Shown: positions 38,917-49,417, numbered from the stretch's first letter. The stretch is DNA of 64,000 bases from an uncultured Desulfospira sp. (GCA_963663165.1 OY760175.1:928001-992000), one strand, 5' to 3'. The notes: a model not told the origin generated them from the letters alone. Program-made: numbers and translations.

Positions 38917-39570
38917 ATGACAACCAAGCAAGAAATTCTTTCCAAGCTCAGCGAGGCGGTCTTAAAGTTTGAAGAAGAGGACGCGCGGACCTCAGCCATT
39001 GAAGCCCTGGAAAACAACATCGACGCTGTTGAGGCCATACTGGACGGCTTTGTGGTCGGAATGAAAAAAGCCGGTGAGTTGTTCAAACGACAGGAGTACT
39101 TTGTTCCGGAAATCCTGTTGTGCGCCGACGCTATGGAAGAAGGCATGAAAATTTTGCGGCCACACATTTCTAATAACAAAGCCACAAGCTCAAAAGGAAA
39201 AATCATATTGGGGACCGTAGAGGGCGATATTCATTGTATCGGGAAAAATCTGGTCAAATTGATGCTGGATACCAACGGATTTGAGGTTTACGACCTTGGG
39301 GAAGATGTTCCTGTATCCCGATTTGTCGAGGAACAAAAACGTATTGGTGCCGATATCGTCGCTTTGTCTACCCTGATGACAACAACGATGATGGCGGTCA
39401 AAAATTCGATTCCCATTCTAAGAGAAAGCGCTCCCGAACTGGCCATCATGGTTGGTGGCGCGCCGTTTACAGATGAAATTGCAAAAAAATTCGGTGCCGA
39501 TGGATACGCTTCTGACGCAATTACTGCCGTTAATGAGGCGGAAAGGATTATGGCTGCAAAATTAAGTTGA
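38917..39570 (+). CDS. Corrinoid (B12-binding) methyl carrier protein, MtaC/MtbC-like
   Basis: GTVEGDIHCIGKNLV (DxHxxG); MVGGAP; cap domain. Confidence 0.93.
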   Translation: MTTKQEILSKLSEAVLKFEEEDARTSAIEALENNIDAVEAILDGFVVGMKKAGELFKRQEYFVPEILLCADAMEEGMKILRPHISNNKATSSKGKIILGTVEGDIHCIGKNLVKLMLDTNGFEVYDLGEDVPVSRFVEEQKRIGADIVALSTLMTTTMMAVKNSIPILRESAPELAIMVGGAPFTDEIAKKFGADGYASDAITAVNEAERIMAAKLS

Positions 39571-40592
39571 TAAATGTCCTTAAGAAATCCCCACCTCTGG
39601 AGCAGAATATGAATGAATTGGCGCAATTTATCACCGGCCTTGGCAGGGTTCCCATTGTCCCGCTGATTGGATTCCCGGGTATCCAGCTCAACAAAAAAAC
39701 GGTCAAGGAAGCCCTTTTCGATCCCAAAGTACAGATAGAAGCACTTTTGGCCCTTAACGAACAAGTTCGCCCGGACGCCCTGTTTGCCATGATGGACCTG
39801 ACCGTTGAGGCAGAACACCTTGGATGCCCTTTAAAATTCTCAGAGAATGACCCACCGGCTGTGGCAGACGGTTTATTCGATGATCGCGCAGACAATGACA
39901 CCATTTCCCGGGTTTTCAAAGACAGAACTGCCGGAGGCAGAATGCATCTTTTTGCCGAGGTGGTCTCCGGCTTGAGTGATGTGCTTGATATCCCGGTGGC
40001 CGCGTACGTGATCGGACCTTTGACCCTGGCCGGGGAGATCATGGGCATTTCCCGCGTCATGAAATCAACACGAAAAAATCCTGCCGTGCTCCATCAGGTT
40101 CTTTCAAATACAACTGAGTTAATCATGAATTATATTAATTTACTGGAAAGTGCGGGAGCACGGATCATATGCATACTCGAACCTAGTGCCATGATGATTT
40201 CCCCCACTCTTTTCAATGAATTTTCCGGACGGTACTGTAAAAAAATCGTCTCAGAAAGCATCACAGTGATGAGCGTTTTGCATATTTGCGGGGACACAAA
40301 TCATTTGATACCGGAAATGGAAAAAGTCGGTGCCGACGGCCTCAGCCTGGACAAACAGGTGGACCTGCCCAAAGCATATGACACCTTACATTCCCAAACG
40401 GTGTTGATCGGCAATATCGATCCTGTTTCCATCATCACCTTTGAAGATGCCGATACCGTTAAAAAGAAAAGCACACAGTTGATTCAAGCAATGAAAGGTA
40501 AACCCAATTTCATTCTGAGTACGGGGTGCGATGTCCCCCCCAACGCCCCCATTGAAAACCTTAAGGCCATGATGCAATCCAATGGTTTCTGA
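39567..40592 (+). CDS. URO-D-fold MT2 methyltransferase (MtaA/CmuA-like)
   Basis: DLTVEAEHLG, GPLTLA, LHICG, GNIDP, STGCD. Confidence 0.87.
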   Translation: MINVLKKSPPLEQNMNELAQFITGLGRVPIVPLIGFPGIQLNKKTVKEALFDPKVQIEALLALNEQVRPDALFAMMDLTVEAEHLGCPLKFSENDPPAVADGLFDDRADNDTISRVFKDRTAGGRMHLFAEVVSGLSDVLDIPVAAYVIGPLTLAGEIMGISRVMKSTRKNPAVLHQVLSNTTELIMNYINLLESAGARIICILEPSAMMISPTLFNEFSGRYCKKIVSESITVMSVLHICGDTNHLIPEMEKVGADGLSLDKQVDLPKAYDTLHSQTVLIGNIDPVSIITFEDADTVKKKSTQLIQAMKGKPNFILSTGCDVPPNAPIENLKAMMQSNGF

Positions 40593-40653
40593 AAAAAATC
40601 CAGAAGCCAAACAATAGTAAGCTTAATTTATTAATCATTTGAAAGGAGCCACA

Positions 40654-41685
40654 ATGAAAATTACTGTCATTTGCAAACGTTCACTTTCTTTGCTGATCAT
40701 GATTTCGGTCGTCATGTTGACATGGACAACCGGATCCTATGCCAAAACAATCAAGCTTAACTATAGTTGGTTTGCGCCAAATTCGGAAGCCCACTACCAG
40801 GTGGTTCAATACTTTATCAAGGAAATTGAAGAACGGACTCAGGGGCGTGTCAAAATAACATACTTTCCAGCCGGGTCCCTTGTGGGCGGCCCCCAGGCGT
40901 ATGACGCCGTCTCAAAAGGGATTTCCGATATTGATTTTCCGGTCATGGCATATACGCCGGCCCGTTTTCCGGTTTGCTTTGCCTGGGACCTGCCTTTGGG
41001 AATCAAATCATCTGCTGCAGCGACCCAAATGATGATCGAGTCCTATGAAAAATTTAAACCCAAAGAACTGGATGGTGTCAAAATTCTCTATCTTTGGGGA
41101 TCTCCGCCTTGCCAGCTTCAAGTCAAAAAAGAAATGAACAGCATGACAGATATTGTTGGCCGGAAAATCAGATGCACCGGCATTACGGCGGAATTTATCC
41201 GGGCGCTTGGCGGCACCCCCGTGTCACTGCCCATGTCCGGCGCCTATGAATCATTGCAAAAAGGGGTGGTTGAGGGCACCATCAACTCAACCAACGCACT
41301 GAAAGTCTTCAAGCTTGGCGAACTGCTCGACTATGAATACGAAATAAACGCCTTAACCGTCCCTTTTATTTGTGTAATGAATCAAAAGAAATGGCAGTCG
41401 CTTCCGGCTGATATCCAAAAAATCATCAGCGAGGTAAGCCAGGAATGTATTCCTCTGGAAACCAAAGTCTGGAATGAGTCAGTTCATGAAGGCCGCATGT
41501 TTGGGGAGGAAAAAGGCATGCAGTTTATTAAGGCGACACCGGAAATGTTTAAGGAAATAGAGACGGTACAACCGGTTTTGTATCAAAACTACCTGGATAA
41601 TCTAAAGAAACTCGGGCTTGAAAAAGAGGGGAAAGCCTTTCTGGATTACTTAATTGCCTTTTCAAAAAGTGACAAGAATAAGTAG
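40654..41685 (+). CDS. dctP: TRAP substrate-binding protein
   Basis: Signal peptide; GRKIR; YESLQKGVVEG. Confidence 0.9.
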   Translation: MKITVICKRSLSLLIMISVVMLTWTTGSYAKTIKLNYSWFAPNSEAHYQVVQYFIKEIEERTQGRVKITYFPAGSLVGGPQAYDAVSKGISDIDFPVMAYTPARFPVCFAWDLPLGIKSSAAATQMMIESYEKFKPKELDGVKILYLWGSPPCQLQVKKEMNSMTDIVGRKIRCTGITAEFIRALGGTPVSLPMSGAYESLQKGVVEGTINSTNALKVFKLGELLDYEYEINALTVPFICVMNQKKWQSLPADIQKIISEVSQECIPLETKVWNESVHEGRMFGEEKGMQFIKATPEMFKEIETVQPVLYQNYLDNLKKLGLEKEGKAFLDYLIAFSKSDKNK

Positions 41686-41699
41686 GACAACATAACATA

Positions 41700-42200
41700 A
41701 TGATAACGAGAATGAAAAACGGTATTGTCTGGGTAAGCGGACGCTTAAACGCCGTTGCGGGTGTTATCGTAATCGCACTGATGGTGCTGACCACCAGCGA
41801 TGTGTTTTTGAGATATCTGTTTAACTGCCCTGTAAGAGGGACTTATGATGTTTCCGGGCTTATGGCGCTGGTGATCATCAGTCTTGCCCTGGCACAAACC
41901 CAATTGAAAAGAGGGCATATCAGCATTACGATCCTCCTGACCGTCCTGCCAAAGAAAATCGAGATACTGGTACAGGCCGCCATTGATTTTATCTGTCTTC
42001 TGGCGTCCATTGGTGTCGCCTGGCAAAGCTGGATCTACGCCATTTCTCTGGCTTCGGTCGGAGAAGCTTCCCAGACGGAAAAAATTCCTTTTGCCCCATT
42101 TGTTTACACGATTAGCGCCGGCTTTATTGTCCTGAGTCTTGTTTTGCTTATCAGCGTTGTTGAATCCATAAACAAGGAATTTAAAAATGAGTCCAATTGA
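41700..42200 (+). CDS. dctQ: TRAP small permease
   Basis: DVFLRYLFN.PV.G; GHISI. Confidence 0.9.
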   Translation: MITRMKNGIVWVSGRLNAVAGVIVIALMVLTTSDVFLRYLFNCPVRGTYDVSGLMALVIISLALAQTQLKRGHISITILLTVLPKKIEILVQAAIDFICLLASIGVAWQSWIYAISLASVGEASQTEKIPFAPFVYTISAGFIVLSLVLLISVVESINKEFKNESN

Positions 42201-43485
42201 AACAGGCATTGTTGGGTTGATATCACTGGTCATCGCGATTCTGGTCGGATTCCCGGTTGCATTTGCCATGTTGATTATCGGTTTTTTGGGGTTCAGCGCA
42301 CTGGTTTCAATGGATGCCGGATTAAACATTGTCTCACAGGATATATTCAGTGTGTTTTCATCCTATTCATTGACAGTGGTCCCCATGTTCGTATTAATGG
42401 GGTCCATCGCATTTTCAGCCGGGACCAGCAGCCGGCTTTTCAATGTTGCCAATAATTTTTTCGGCCATCTTAAAGGAGGGCTGGCCATGGCCACCATTGG
42501 CACCTGTGCTGCATTTGCCGCCATGTGCGGGTCTGCCAATGCCGCTACGGCAGCATTGGGTAAAGTCGCCATACCGGAAATGGAGAAATATAATTATTCT
42601 TCCATCCTTTCCACCGGATGCGTTGCCTCCGGCGGAACATTGGGGGTTCTTATCCCGCCGAGTACGGTATTTATCATCTATGGCATATTAACGGGCGAAT
42701 CCATTGGCAAGCTGTTTATTTCCGGCATTATCCCCGGCCTTCTGTTAACCCTGTTGTTTGTCGTAACCATATATATTCTCTGTAAGGCCAATCCAGTCCT
42801 CGGACCTGCGGGTGAACGCATCAGCTGGTCAAATAGAATTAAATCCCTCAGTGGTGTTATTGAAATGCTGATGTTATTTATTCTGGTCATGGGGGGGATA
42901 TTTACGGGTGTTTTCACGCCCACGGAAGCGGGCGGCGTTGGGGCTTCGGGCACCATTGTTATCGGATTGATTGGCCGCAATTTAAGCTGGAAAATGATGA
43001 AAATAGCCGTTACAGACACGGTCAATATTACCTGTATGCTGTTTTTTATCATTGCGGGTGCCACCGTTTTCGGGCATTTCATTGCGGTGACGCAAATCCC
43101 CATTGCCCTGGTAAACTGGCTTTCTGATTTGACCGTCAGCCCTCAGATTATTTTAGGGCTTATTATTGCCATCTACTTTGTCGGCGGATGTTTTATTGAC
43201 ATTCTGCCTCTAATCCTATTAACCGTTCCTATTTTTGCACCGATTATCCAATCCTTAAATTACAGCCTCATCTGGTTTGGTGTAATTATCGTTCTGATTG
43301 CCCAGATCGGTGCCATCACTCCCCCGGTCGGCGTATGCGTTTACGTACTCAAAGGGGTGTGCCCGTCCGTTCCTTTGACCGTGATTTTTAAAGGATGCCT
43401 GCCTTTTGTCATCACTATTTTGATTTGCGTTTTAATATTGTTGCTCTTTCCGTCAATCGTCACTTTTTTACCGGACCTGATGTGA
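42187..43485 (+). CDS. dctM: TRAP large permease
   Basis: VPMFVLMG, LGVLIPPS, TPTEAG, ITPPVG. Confidence 0.93.
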   Translation: MSPIETGIVGLISLVIAILVGFPVAFAMLIIGFLGFSALVSMDAGLNIVSQDIFSVFSSYSLTVVPMFVLMGSIAFSAGTSSRLFNVANNFFGHLKGGLAMATIGTCAAFAAMCGSANAATAALGKVAIPEMEKYNYSSILSTGCVASGGTLGVLIPPSTVFIIYGILTGESIGKLFISGIIPGLLLTLLFVVTIYILCKANPVLGPAGERISWSNRIKSLSGVIEMLMLFILVMGGIFTGVFTPTEAGGVGASGTIVIGLIGRNLSWKMMKIAVTDTVNITCMLFFIIAGATVFGHFIAVTQIPIALVNWLSDLTVSPQIILGLIIAIYFVGGCFIDILPLILLTVPIFAPIIQSLNYSLIWFGVIIVLIAQIGAITPPVGVCVYVLKGVCPSVPLTVIFKGCLPFVITILICVLILLLFPSIVTFLPDLM

Positions 43486-43512
43486 CCCATTATCTTAACT
43501 TAAGGGATTATT

Positions 43513-44586
43513 ATGGAAATTAATTTAAAAAAAGATCAGATGACCCTGCATGAAAGATGGACTGCTCTTTTAAACCGGCAACCGATGGATCGCATCCCGG
43601 TGTATGCGTTTGCCCATGGGTTTTGTGGAAAACATGCCGGACTCACCCTTGCCGATACCTATAGTTCTCCACAAAAAACATTTAATGCCATTAAAAATGT
43701 CAGTGAGAAATTTGGATGGCAGGATCTGCCGCTGATCGCTTATGCCGGATTAGGCGCATGGGAGTTCGGCGGTGAGGTCCAAATGCCGCAAAGTCAATAT
43801 GATCAGGCCCCGAAAGTGATCAGACGGCCGGTTACAAAACCCGAAGATATTGAATTATTAACCGTTCCCGATGTCCATAACGCCGGAATCTATCCGTTTG
43901 CCATGGAAGTTTCCAAACTTCAGGCGCAAAGCGGGACAGGGCTGATCATGTTCATGATTCCAACCCCCTGGGCACTTGCCTGCAATATTTGCGGAATGGA
44001 AAATATTGCCCGGTGGTCATTAAAGGCGCCGGATCTGGTAGACAGGGTTCAAGAAATCATCCTGCCCTTTACCGGTAAAATCTTAGAATACTGGATTGAT
44101 GCATTTGGAACCGATCGCCTTCTGCCCTGGGTGAGCGGGGGGGCCGCATCAAATAACAGCCTCATTTCCCCCAAAATATTTTCCAGATTTGTCCTGCCCT
44201 ACATGCAAAAAACCTTTGACGCGGTTCACCGGTCCGGTATTAAGCATATTTATGTTCACGTCTGCGGTGAACATAATTTGAACTTGCCTTATTGGGCGCA
44301 ACTGAATTATGGTGACCCAGGGATTTTAAGTTTTGGGATTGAAGTTGATCTGAACACTGCGGGTAAAATGTTTCCCAATGATATTATCATGGGCAATATT
44401 GATACGGCCATTTTGGCCGAAGGGACACCCGAGCAGGTATACGAAGCAACGAAAATGACCATTGAGAAAGGGAAACAGTGTCCGGGAGGATTTATGCTGG
44501 CGCCAGGCTGTGAAATGCCTCCCATGGCCCCTGAAGAAAACATGTGGGCAATGATGCAGGCCGTGAGTGACTTTGGCTGGTATTAG
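43513..44586 (+). CDS. Second URO-D-fold MT2 methyltransferase
   Basis: DRIPV, HVCGE, GNID, LAPGCEMP. Confidence 0.87.
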   Translation: MEINLKKDQMTLHERWTALLNRQPMDRIPVYAFAHGFCGKHAGLTLADTYSSPQKTFNAIKNVSEKFGWQDLPLIAYAGLGAWEFGGEVQMPQSQYDQAPKVIRRPVTKPEDIELLTVPDVHNAGIYPFAMEVSKLQAQSGTGLIMFMIPTPWALACNICGMENIARWSLKAPDLVDRVQEIILPFTGKILEYWIDAFGTDRLLPWVSGGAASNNSLISPKIFSRFVLPYMQKTFDAVHRSGIKHIYVHVCGEHNLNLPYWAQLNYGDPGILSFGIEVDLNTAGKMFPNDIIMGNIDTAILAEGTPEQVYEATKMTIEKGKQCPGGFMLAPGCEMPPMAPEENMWAMMQAVSDFGWY

Positions 44587-44619
44587 GGAATCGGAACCGG
44601 ACCTAAAAAAACCTGCCGT

Positions 44620-45471
44620 ATGGAAAAAGACAATTTGAGCCTTGCCGAATCTATTGGTATTAATGTCCGAAAGTTAAGAAAAAAAAGCAATTATACCCTG
44701 AAGAATCTTTCTGATAAAACAGGGCTTTCCATTGCGTTGCTTTCAAGAATTGAGAATGGGCAGCTCAGCCCGTCCGTTAATACACTCGATAAAATCGCCA
44801 ATGCGCTGGGGATTGAAATATCTCATATCCTTCAAGAAGAGCTGTCACCGGATCAGCTGGGGTTGGAAATTTCAGAAAAAATTAAAAAACGCATGAAAAT
44901 TTTTGGAATTTCCATAGTTGAACTATCAGAAAAAAGTGAAATCCCAGAGACCATGCTGAAGCGGTTTTTAAAAAATGAAATATTTTTATCCATCCCCAAT
45001 TTTATGCGGCTGGCCAATATCCTGAAAGTTGATTTAAGCTACTTTTTCCAAAACTCACCCAATAAAAACTTTGTGATCAGCCGAAAAGACAACCGGACTT
45101 TAAATGAATGGATGGGGAAAAAAGGAAAACCCAATTATTTGGTTGAAATACTATTTGAAGATTTCCCCAACCAGGTAATGGAACCGGTTATTTCCACACA
45201 TGTTGCCAAAGAAGATTTCCTCATTAAAGCCAGCCACGCAGGCCAGGAATTTTTTTATGTGCTGGAAGGAAAGGTCAAATTGTTCCTGGACGATCATAAA
45301 ATCATTCTAAATCAAGGGGATGCCATTTACTTTGACTCCCATCTGCCCCATGCGGCGGTAAGCATCAGTGATGCGCCCGCAAAAACCATTCATACCCATT
45401 TTGCGCCCTATTCGAGGTTAAAAACAGGGGCTTTGCCTCAAAAAGGAATCGATAAACCCCAAAAGGTCTGA
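44620..45471 (+). CDS. XRE regulator with two HTH domains and a cupin domain
   Basis: LSIALLSRIENG..PS HTH; second HTH; HAGQEFFYVLEG..GDAIYFDS.LPH. Confidence 0.88.
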   Translation: MEKDNLSLAESIGINVRKLRKKSNYTLKNLSDKTGLSIALLSRIENGQLSPSVNTLDKIANALGIEISHILQEELSPDQLGLEISEKIKKRMKIFGISIVELSEKSEIPETMLKRFLKNEIFLSIPNFMRLANILKVDLSYFFQNSPNKNFVISRKDNRTLNEWMGKKGKPNYLVEILFEDFPNQVMEPVISTHVAKEDFLIKASHAGQEFFYVLEGKVKLFLDDHKIILNQGDAIYFDSHLPHAAVSISDAPAKTIHTHFAPYSRLKTGALPQKGIDKPQKV

Positions 45472-45530
45472 ATCCGGACAATTATCATTTAAAATTCGTT
45501 ACCGGCCATCCTGATTTCCAATAGTAAATT

Positions 45531-45718
45531 TTTATATAAAAGTCTCACTAACATCCTGATAAGACTTTCAATATTTGTTGTGGGCGGTTCTTGGTTGGAT
45601 AACCAAGACGGCCCGTGGCCGTTCATAAGAAACTGGAGACAAGAGGGCGAAGCACCTGCGGTGCCCAATTTATAGTCTACCGTTGCTGGTATCTTCAGTT
45701 TCATTATTCGTTGTGGGC
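45531..45718. repeat. Copy of the 26721-26922 mosaic repeat
   Basis: 47 bp core at 45577-45623 with both linkers. Confidence 0.88.
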
Positions 45719-45903
45719 TTGTGGTCCGTGACTGTTTGTAACCGCCGTTGGTACTATATTTGCTTACAATGTTGTTTGGCTTAACAATGAATTTATGATC
45801 TTGGGTTATCCGAAAAAAAAGGGATGGCCAGGTTGATGGTAATCTAAAATTAAAACATCGAATCCAAGACGGGAGACCTGTCCCATGGATCCAGGAGGTA
45901 AAG

Positions 45904-46908
45904 ATGCGAAAGAAAGACAGGACAGGGGTCAGCCGAAGGGCGTTTTTAAAAGGGGTAGCCGCCGGGGGCGCCTGCATGATGTTGCCCGGAACGGTGAAAG
46001 CGGCGCAACAGGGTAAGGTACTGGCTACCCTGCATGATCTGTCTCGGTGTATTGGCTGCGGGGAATGTGTGTCTGCCTGTACCGCACAGAATGAAGCCAA
46101 GTATCCGGAACCCCAAAAACCCTTTCCCAGGATGTATCCTGACCGGGTCAAGGTGGCGGACTGGTCGGATAAGCGTGATATGGACGACCGGCTCACCCCT
46201 TACAACTGGCTGACCATCCAGAGCGTTGAGGTTGAATGGCAGGGGGAATCCTATGAAATCCATATCCCCCGGCGCTGCATGCACTGCGAAAATCCCCCCT
46301 GTGCCAACCTGTGTCCCTGGGGGGCCTGTGCCCGGGAGGACAATGGTGTGGTGCGCATCAATTCGGATATCTGCCTGGGCGGTTCCAAGTGCCGGTCGGT
46401 CTGCCCCTGGGATATTCCCCAGCGCCAGACAGGTGTGGGCCTTTATCTTAAACTCATGCCGGCTTTTGCCGGCAACGGGGTCATGTATAAATGTGATCGC
46501 TGTTTTGATCTGTTGAGCCAGGGCGGTGTACCGGCCTGTATCAGTGAGTGCCCCGAAGAGGTCCAGTTCATCGGCCCCCGAGATGAGATCCTGGCCCGGG
46601 CCCACGAGCTGGCCAGATCCTTTGCCGGCAGCGGCAATGAAACCGATTTCATTTATGGGGAATTTGAAAACGGTGGCACCAACACTATATATGTTTCGCC
46701 GGTCCCCATTGAGGTGCTGGCCAAGGCCCTTGAGGCCGGGCCGGGAAATCCCCATATGAACCCGGTTGAGGATATGATGGCCAAAGATGAAATTTTTGGC
46801 ATGGCCGCCCTGACCGCGCCATTGGCCGGCGTGGCCGCCGGGGTGCTCACGGCTGGGGCAGGACTGCTCAAATTAGGCGGGAAGGATAAGGAGGAGACCC
46901 ATGAATAG
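45904..46908 (+). CDS. Tat-exported multi-[4Fe-4S] protein (DmsB/HybA/FdnH-like) with C-terminal anchor
   Basis: SRRAFLK; CIGCGECVSAC, CMHCENPPCANLCP, CLGGSKCRSVCP, KCDRC..PACISECP. Confidence 0.87.
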   Translation: MRKKDRTGVSRRAFLKGVAAGGACMMLPGTVKAAQQGKVLATLHDLSRCIGCGECVSACTAQNEAKYPEPQKPFPRMYPDRVKVADWSDKRDMDDRLTPYNWLTIQSVEVEWQGESYEIHIPRRCMHCENPPCANLCPWGACAREDNGVVRINSDICLGGSKCRSVCPWDIPQRQTGVGLYLKLMPAFAGNGVMYKCDRCFDLLSQGGVPACISECPEEVQFIGPRDEILARAHELARSFAGSGNETDFIYGEFENGGTNTIYVSPVPIEVLAKALEAGPGNPHMNPVEDMMAKDEIFGMAALTAPLAGVAAGVLTAGAGLLKLGGKDKEETHE

Positions 46909-47368
46909 TCTTTTTTCCAGAGGGATGAACCGCATCCTGCTTTCGGTCATGGCCATCCTTGCCCTGACCGGCATGGCCCAGATGCCCATTTTCAAACGGT
47001 ATTACATTGCCGATATTCCGGGATTCGGGTGGCTGGCCGCCTATTATACCACCCACCAGATCCATTATATGGCAGCGTTTGTGTTCCTGTTTGTGCTGTT
47101 CTGGATGGCCGCGGAATACCTGATGCGCCGGCGCAGGGAATGGCGGGTCACCCCCATGGGCTGGATGCGGCTGGCTGTCCTGGCCATGATCGTGGCCACC
47201 GGAATGTTACGGACCGTGAAAAATCTGCCCGGCCACGGGTTCAGCCCCATGGCGGTCATGCTGGTGGACTGGATTCATCTGGCAGGGGCCATGCTTTTGG
47301 GCCTTATCGCCATCCTTGCAAGAATAGGCCCCTGGCGCCGGAATGGGGTTTATGCCGCACGGCGGTGA
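46901..47368 (+). CDS. Small membrane partner, possibly cytochrome b-like
   Basis: Four hydrophobic segments with His in THQIHY and WIHL; overlaps the upstream gene. Confidence 0.7.
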   Translation: MNSLFSRGMNRILLSVMAILALTGMAQMPIFKRYYIADIPGFGWLAAYYTTHQIHYMAAFVFLFVLFWMAAEYLMRRRREWRVTPMGWMRLAVLAMIVATGMLRTVKNLPGHGFSPMAVMLVDWIHLAGAMLLGLIAILARIGPWRRNGVYAARR

Positions 47369-47468
47369 CTAAGGTAATTAGACTGAAGGTGGTTAGGCTG
47401 AAGGGATGCGCAACCCTAAATCCCTTCAGTCTTTAGCCTAAATCCCCAGGTTTTATTGGAGACAATCT

Positions 47469-48860
47469 TTACCCCTGCAACGGAATATCCCATTTTTTCA
47501 TATATTTCCAGACAGCGGTCCGGCTCTTGTTGATCTGCCGGGCCACTTCGGCTTTGTTCCAGCGGCACTCTTCGAGCAGCTGGATGAGGCTCTCCCGGGT
47601 GATTTCCCGGTTGGAAAAATCCGTGGTCAGCCGGGGTCCCATTTGAGGCGAGGCCTTTACCATATGGCTTTCCCGGATTTCAATGGGAAGATCTTTTAAC
47701 TGGATCTGATGGGATTCACACAGGACAAAGGCATGCTCGACGGCGTTTTCAAGTTCCCGGACATTCCCGGGCCAGGGGTGTTCCATGATCTTTTTCATGG
47801 CCTGGGAGCTGAGGCTGGATATATGTTTGCCTTCTCTTTTATTTCCCTTGTCCAGAAAGTGGCTGACCAGCAGGGGAATGTCATCCCTTCTTTCCCGCAG
47901 GGGCGGCACATGGACCGGGAAAACCTTGAGCCGGTAGAACAGGTCCTCACGGAACTGCCCCTCCCGGACCATGCGGTAAAGGTCTTTGTGGGTGGCGGCA
48001 ATGATCCGGATGTCAATTTTGATTTTTTTTGAATCCCCTACCCTCTCGATCTCCCTTTCCTGGAGAACCCTAAGCAGCTTGACCTGCATGTAAGGGGTGA
48101 GTTCTCCGATCTCGTCCAGGAAAATGGTGCCCTGGTCCGCTTCCTCGAACCGGCCTTTCCTGTCCCTGTGGGCCCCGGTGAACGCCCCTTTGACATGGCC
48201 GAACAGCTCACTTTCCAGCAAGGTTTCGGACAGGGCTGAACAGTTGACCGTGATCAGGGGTTTTTCCCCGCCGGGACCGTTGTAATGGATGGCCCCGGCC
48301 ACCAGTTCTTTGCCCGTGCCGCTTTCCCCGTAAATAAGGATGTTGGCCTGGCTGTTGGCCGCCGCCCTGATGGCGTCAAACACGTTTTGCATGGCCGTGC
48401 TTTTTCCGATGATATTGCCCAGCCGATAGGCTTTTTTAAGCTTTCTTTGGGCCTCTTCGGCGGTCTGCCGGACCTTCTTGAGCTCTGTCAGGTCCGTGAC
48501 GGTCTCAACAATACCGAGAACCCGGCCCTCCTCATCCTTTGCCAGCCGGGCGTTTTTTATCACAGGGATGTCATGGCCGTCTTTATGGCGGATAAAGCAT
48601 TCTTTGGTTTCGGTCCTGCCATGTTCAATCACCCCGCATTTTTGAATGTCGGCCGGGCAGTTCCGGCCAAAACAGCGGCTGCACTCAATGAGGCGGCACG
48701 TCTTGCCGATGGCTTCCTGTGCGCCGTATCCGCTAATTTTTTCCATGGACCGGTTCCAGGACGTGATGATCCCTTTGGGATCCAGAATGAAAAGTCCTTC
48801 AGCCATGGTGTCGAGAATTTGATTTAAAAAAGAGACATTCCAGATGTCATGGGTTTTCAT
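47469..48860 (-). CDS. Sigma54 enhancer-binding protein with Cys-rich PAS domain (OrpR-like)
   Basis: PAS with [43 protein letters not shown]; Fis-type HTH. Confidence 0.92.
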   Translation of the reverse strand: MKTHDIWNVSFLNQILDTMAEGLFILDPKGIITSWNRSMEKISGYGAQEAIGKTCRLIECSRCFGRNCPADIQKCGVIEHGRTETKECFIRHKDGHDIPVIKNARLAKDEEGRVLGIVETVTDLTELKKVRQTAEEAQRKLKKAYRLGNIIGKSTAMQNVFDAIRAAANSQANILIYGESGTGKELVAGAIHYNGPGGEKPLITVNCSALSETLLESELFGHVKGAFTGAHRDRKGRFEEADQGTIFLDEIGELTPYMQVKLLRVLQEREIERVGDSKKIKIDIRIIAATHKDLYRMVREGQFREDLFYRLKVFPVHVPPLRERRDDIPLLVSHFLDKGNKREGKHISSLSSQAMKKIMEHPWPGNVRELENAVEHAFVLCESHQIQLKDLPIEIRESHMVKASPQMGPRLTTDFSNREITRESLIQLLEECRWNKAEVARQINKSRTAVWKYMKKWDIPLQG

Positions 48861-48955
48861 AAGGCAAGTCCTGTTGTCATCCCTGTTATGGTAACTGTTT
48901 GGTAACGCTACCGTTATCTGAACTGGTTTGCAAGCCTAAGGTTTACAAAATAAAC

Positions 48956-48972
48956 AGCAAACCCCGTGCCAG
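48956..48972 (-). promoter_or_regulatory. Sigma54 promoter facing the PAS-EBP gene
   Basis: CTGGCACGGGGTTTGCT, consensus match. Confidence 0.7.
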
Positions 48973-49052
48973 GCGGCCAAGTGCATGTGGGGAACGGCTT
49001 TTTTCTGTTTATAAGTAAGGTTCGGAAACCCTATGGGTAAAAATTTTATAAC

Positions 49053-49069
49053 CTGGCATAAAACTTGAT
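49053..49069 (+). promoter_or_regulatory. Sigma54 promoter (GA variant at -12) for thioredoxin
   Basis: CTGGCATAAAACTTGAT; GGTAAC boxes at 48890-48918. Confidence 0.6.
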
Positions 49070-49117
49070 TTATCAATATGTCAGACAGTTCAGGAACCAC
49101 GTGTAAAGGAAACGAAA

Positions 49118-49417
49118 ATGGACAAAGAACAATTTCAGGCAGGCCTTAAGGGGAAAACCGTCCTGGTGGTTTTTGGGGCATCCTGGTGCGGACCGTGCCG
49201 GGCCATGGCGCCGGTGATCCGGGAAATTATGGATGAACTCGGAAGCCGGGCAAAAATTCTGGAAATGGACATTGATTCGGAAAAAAACCTGGCCATGGAT
49301 TACATGGTTCAAAGTATCCCGACCCTTATCCTCTTTAAGAATGGGGTAGAGATCAAACGATTGGTAGGAACTCAATCAAAAGATGTTATTTCAAACTTGC
49401 TGAATACGGTGGTGTAA
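49118..49417 (+). CDS. Thioredoxin
   Basis: WCGPC; SIPTLILFKNG. Confidence 0.93.
   Translation: MDKEQFQAGLKGKTVLVVFGASWCGPCRAMAPVIREIMDELGSRAKILEMDIDSEKNLAMDYMVQSIPTLILFKNGVEIKRLVGTQSKDVISNLLNTVV

Noticed and set aside
45489..46196. 235 aa minus-strand ORF and similar ORFs at 26677, 29166, 25378, 50304 and 54311
   Set aside because: They are antisense shadows of real genes or translations of repeats and duplicated promoter DNA, with no recognisable motifs
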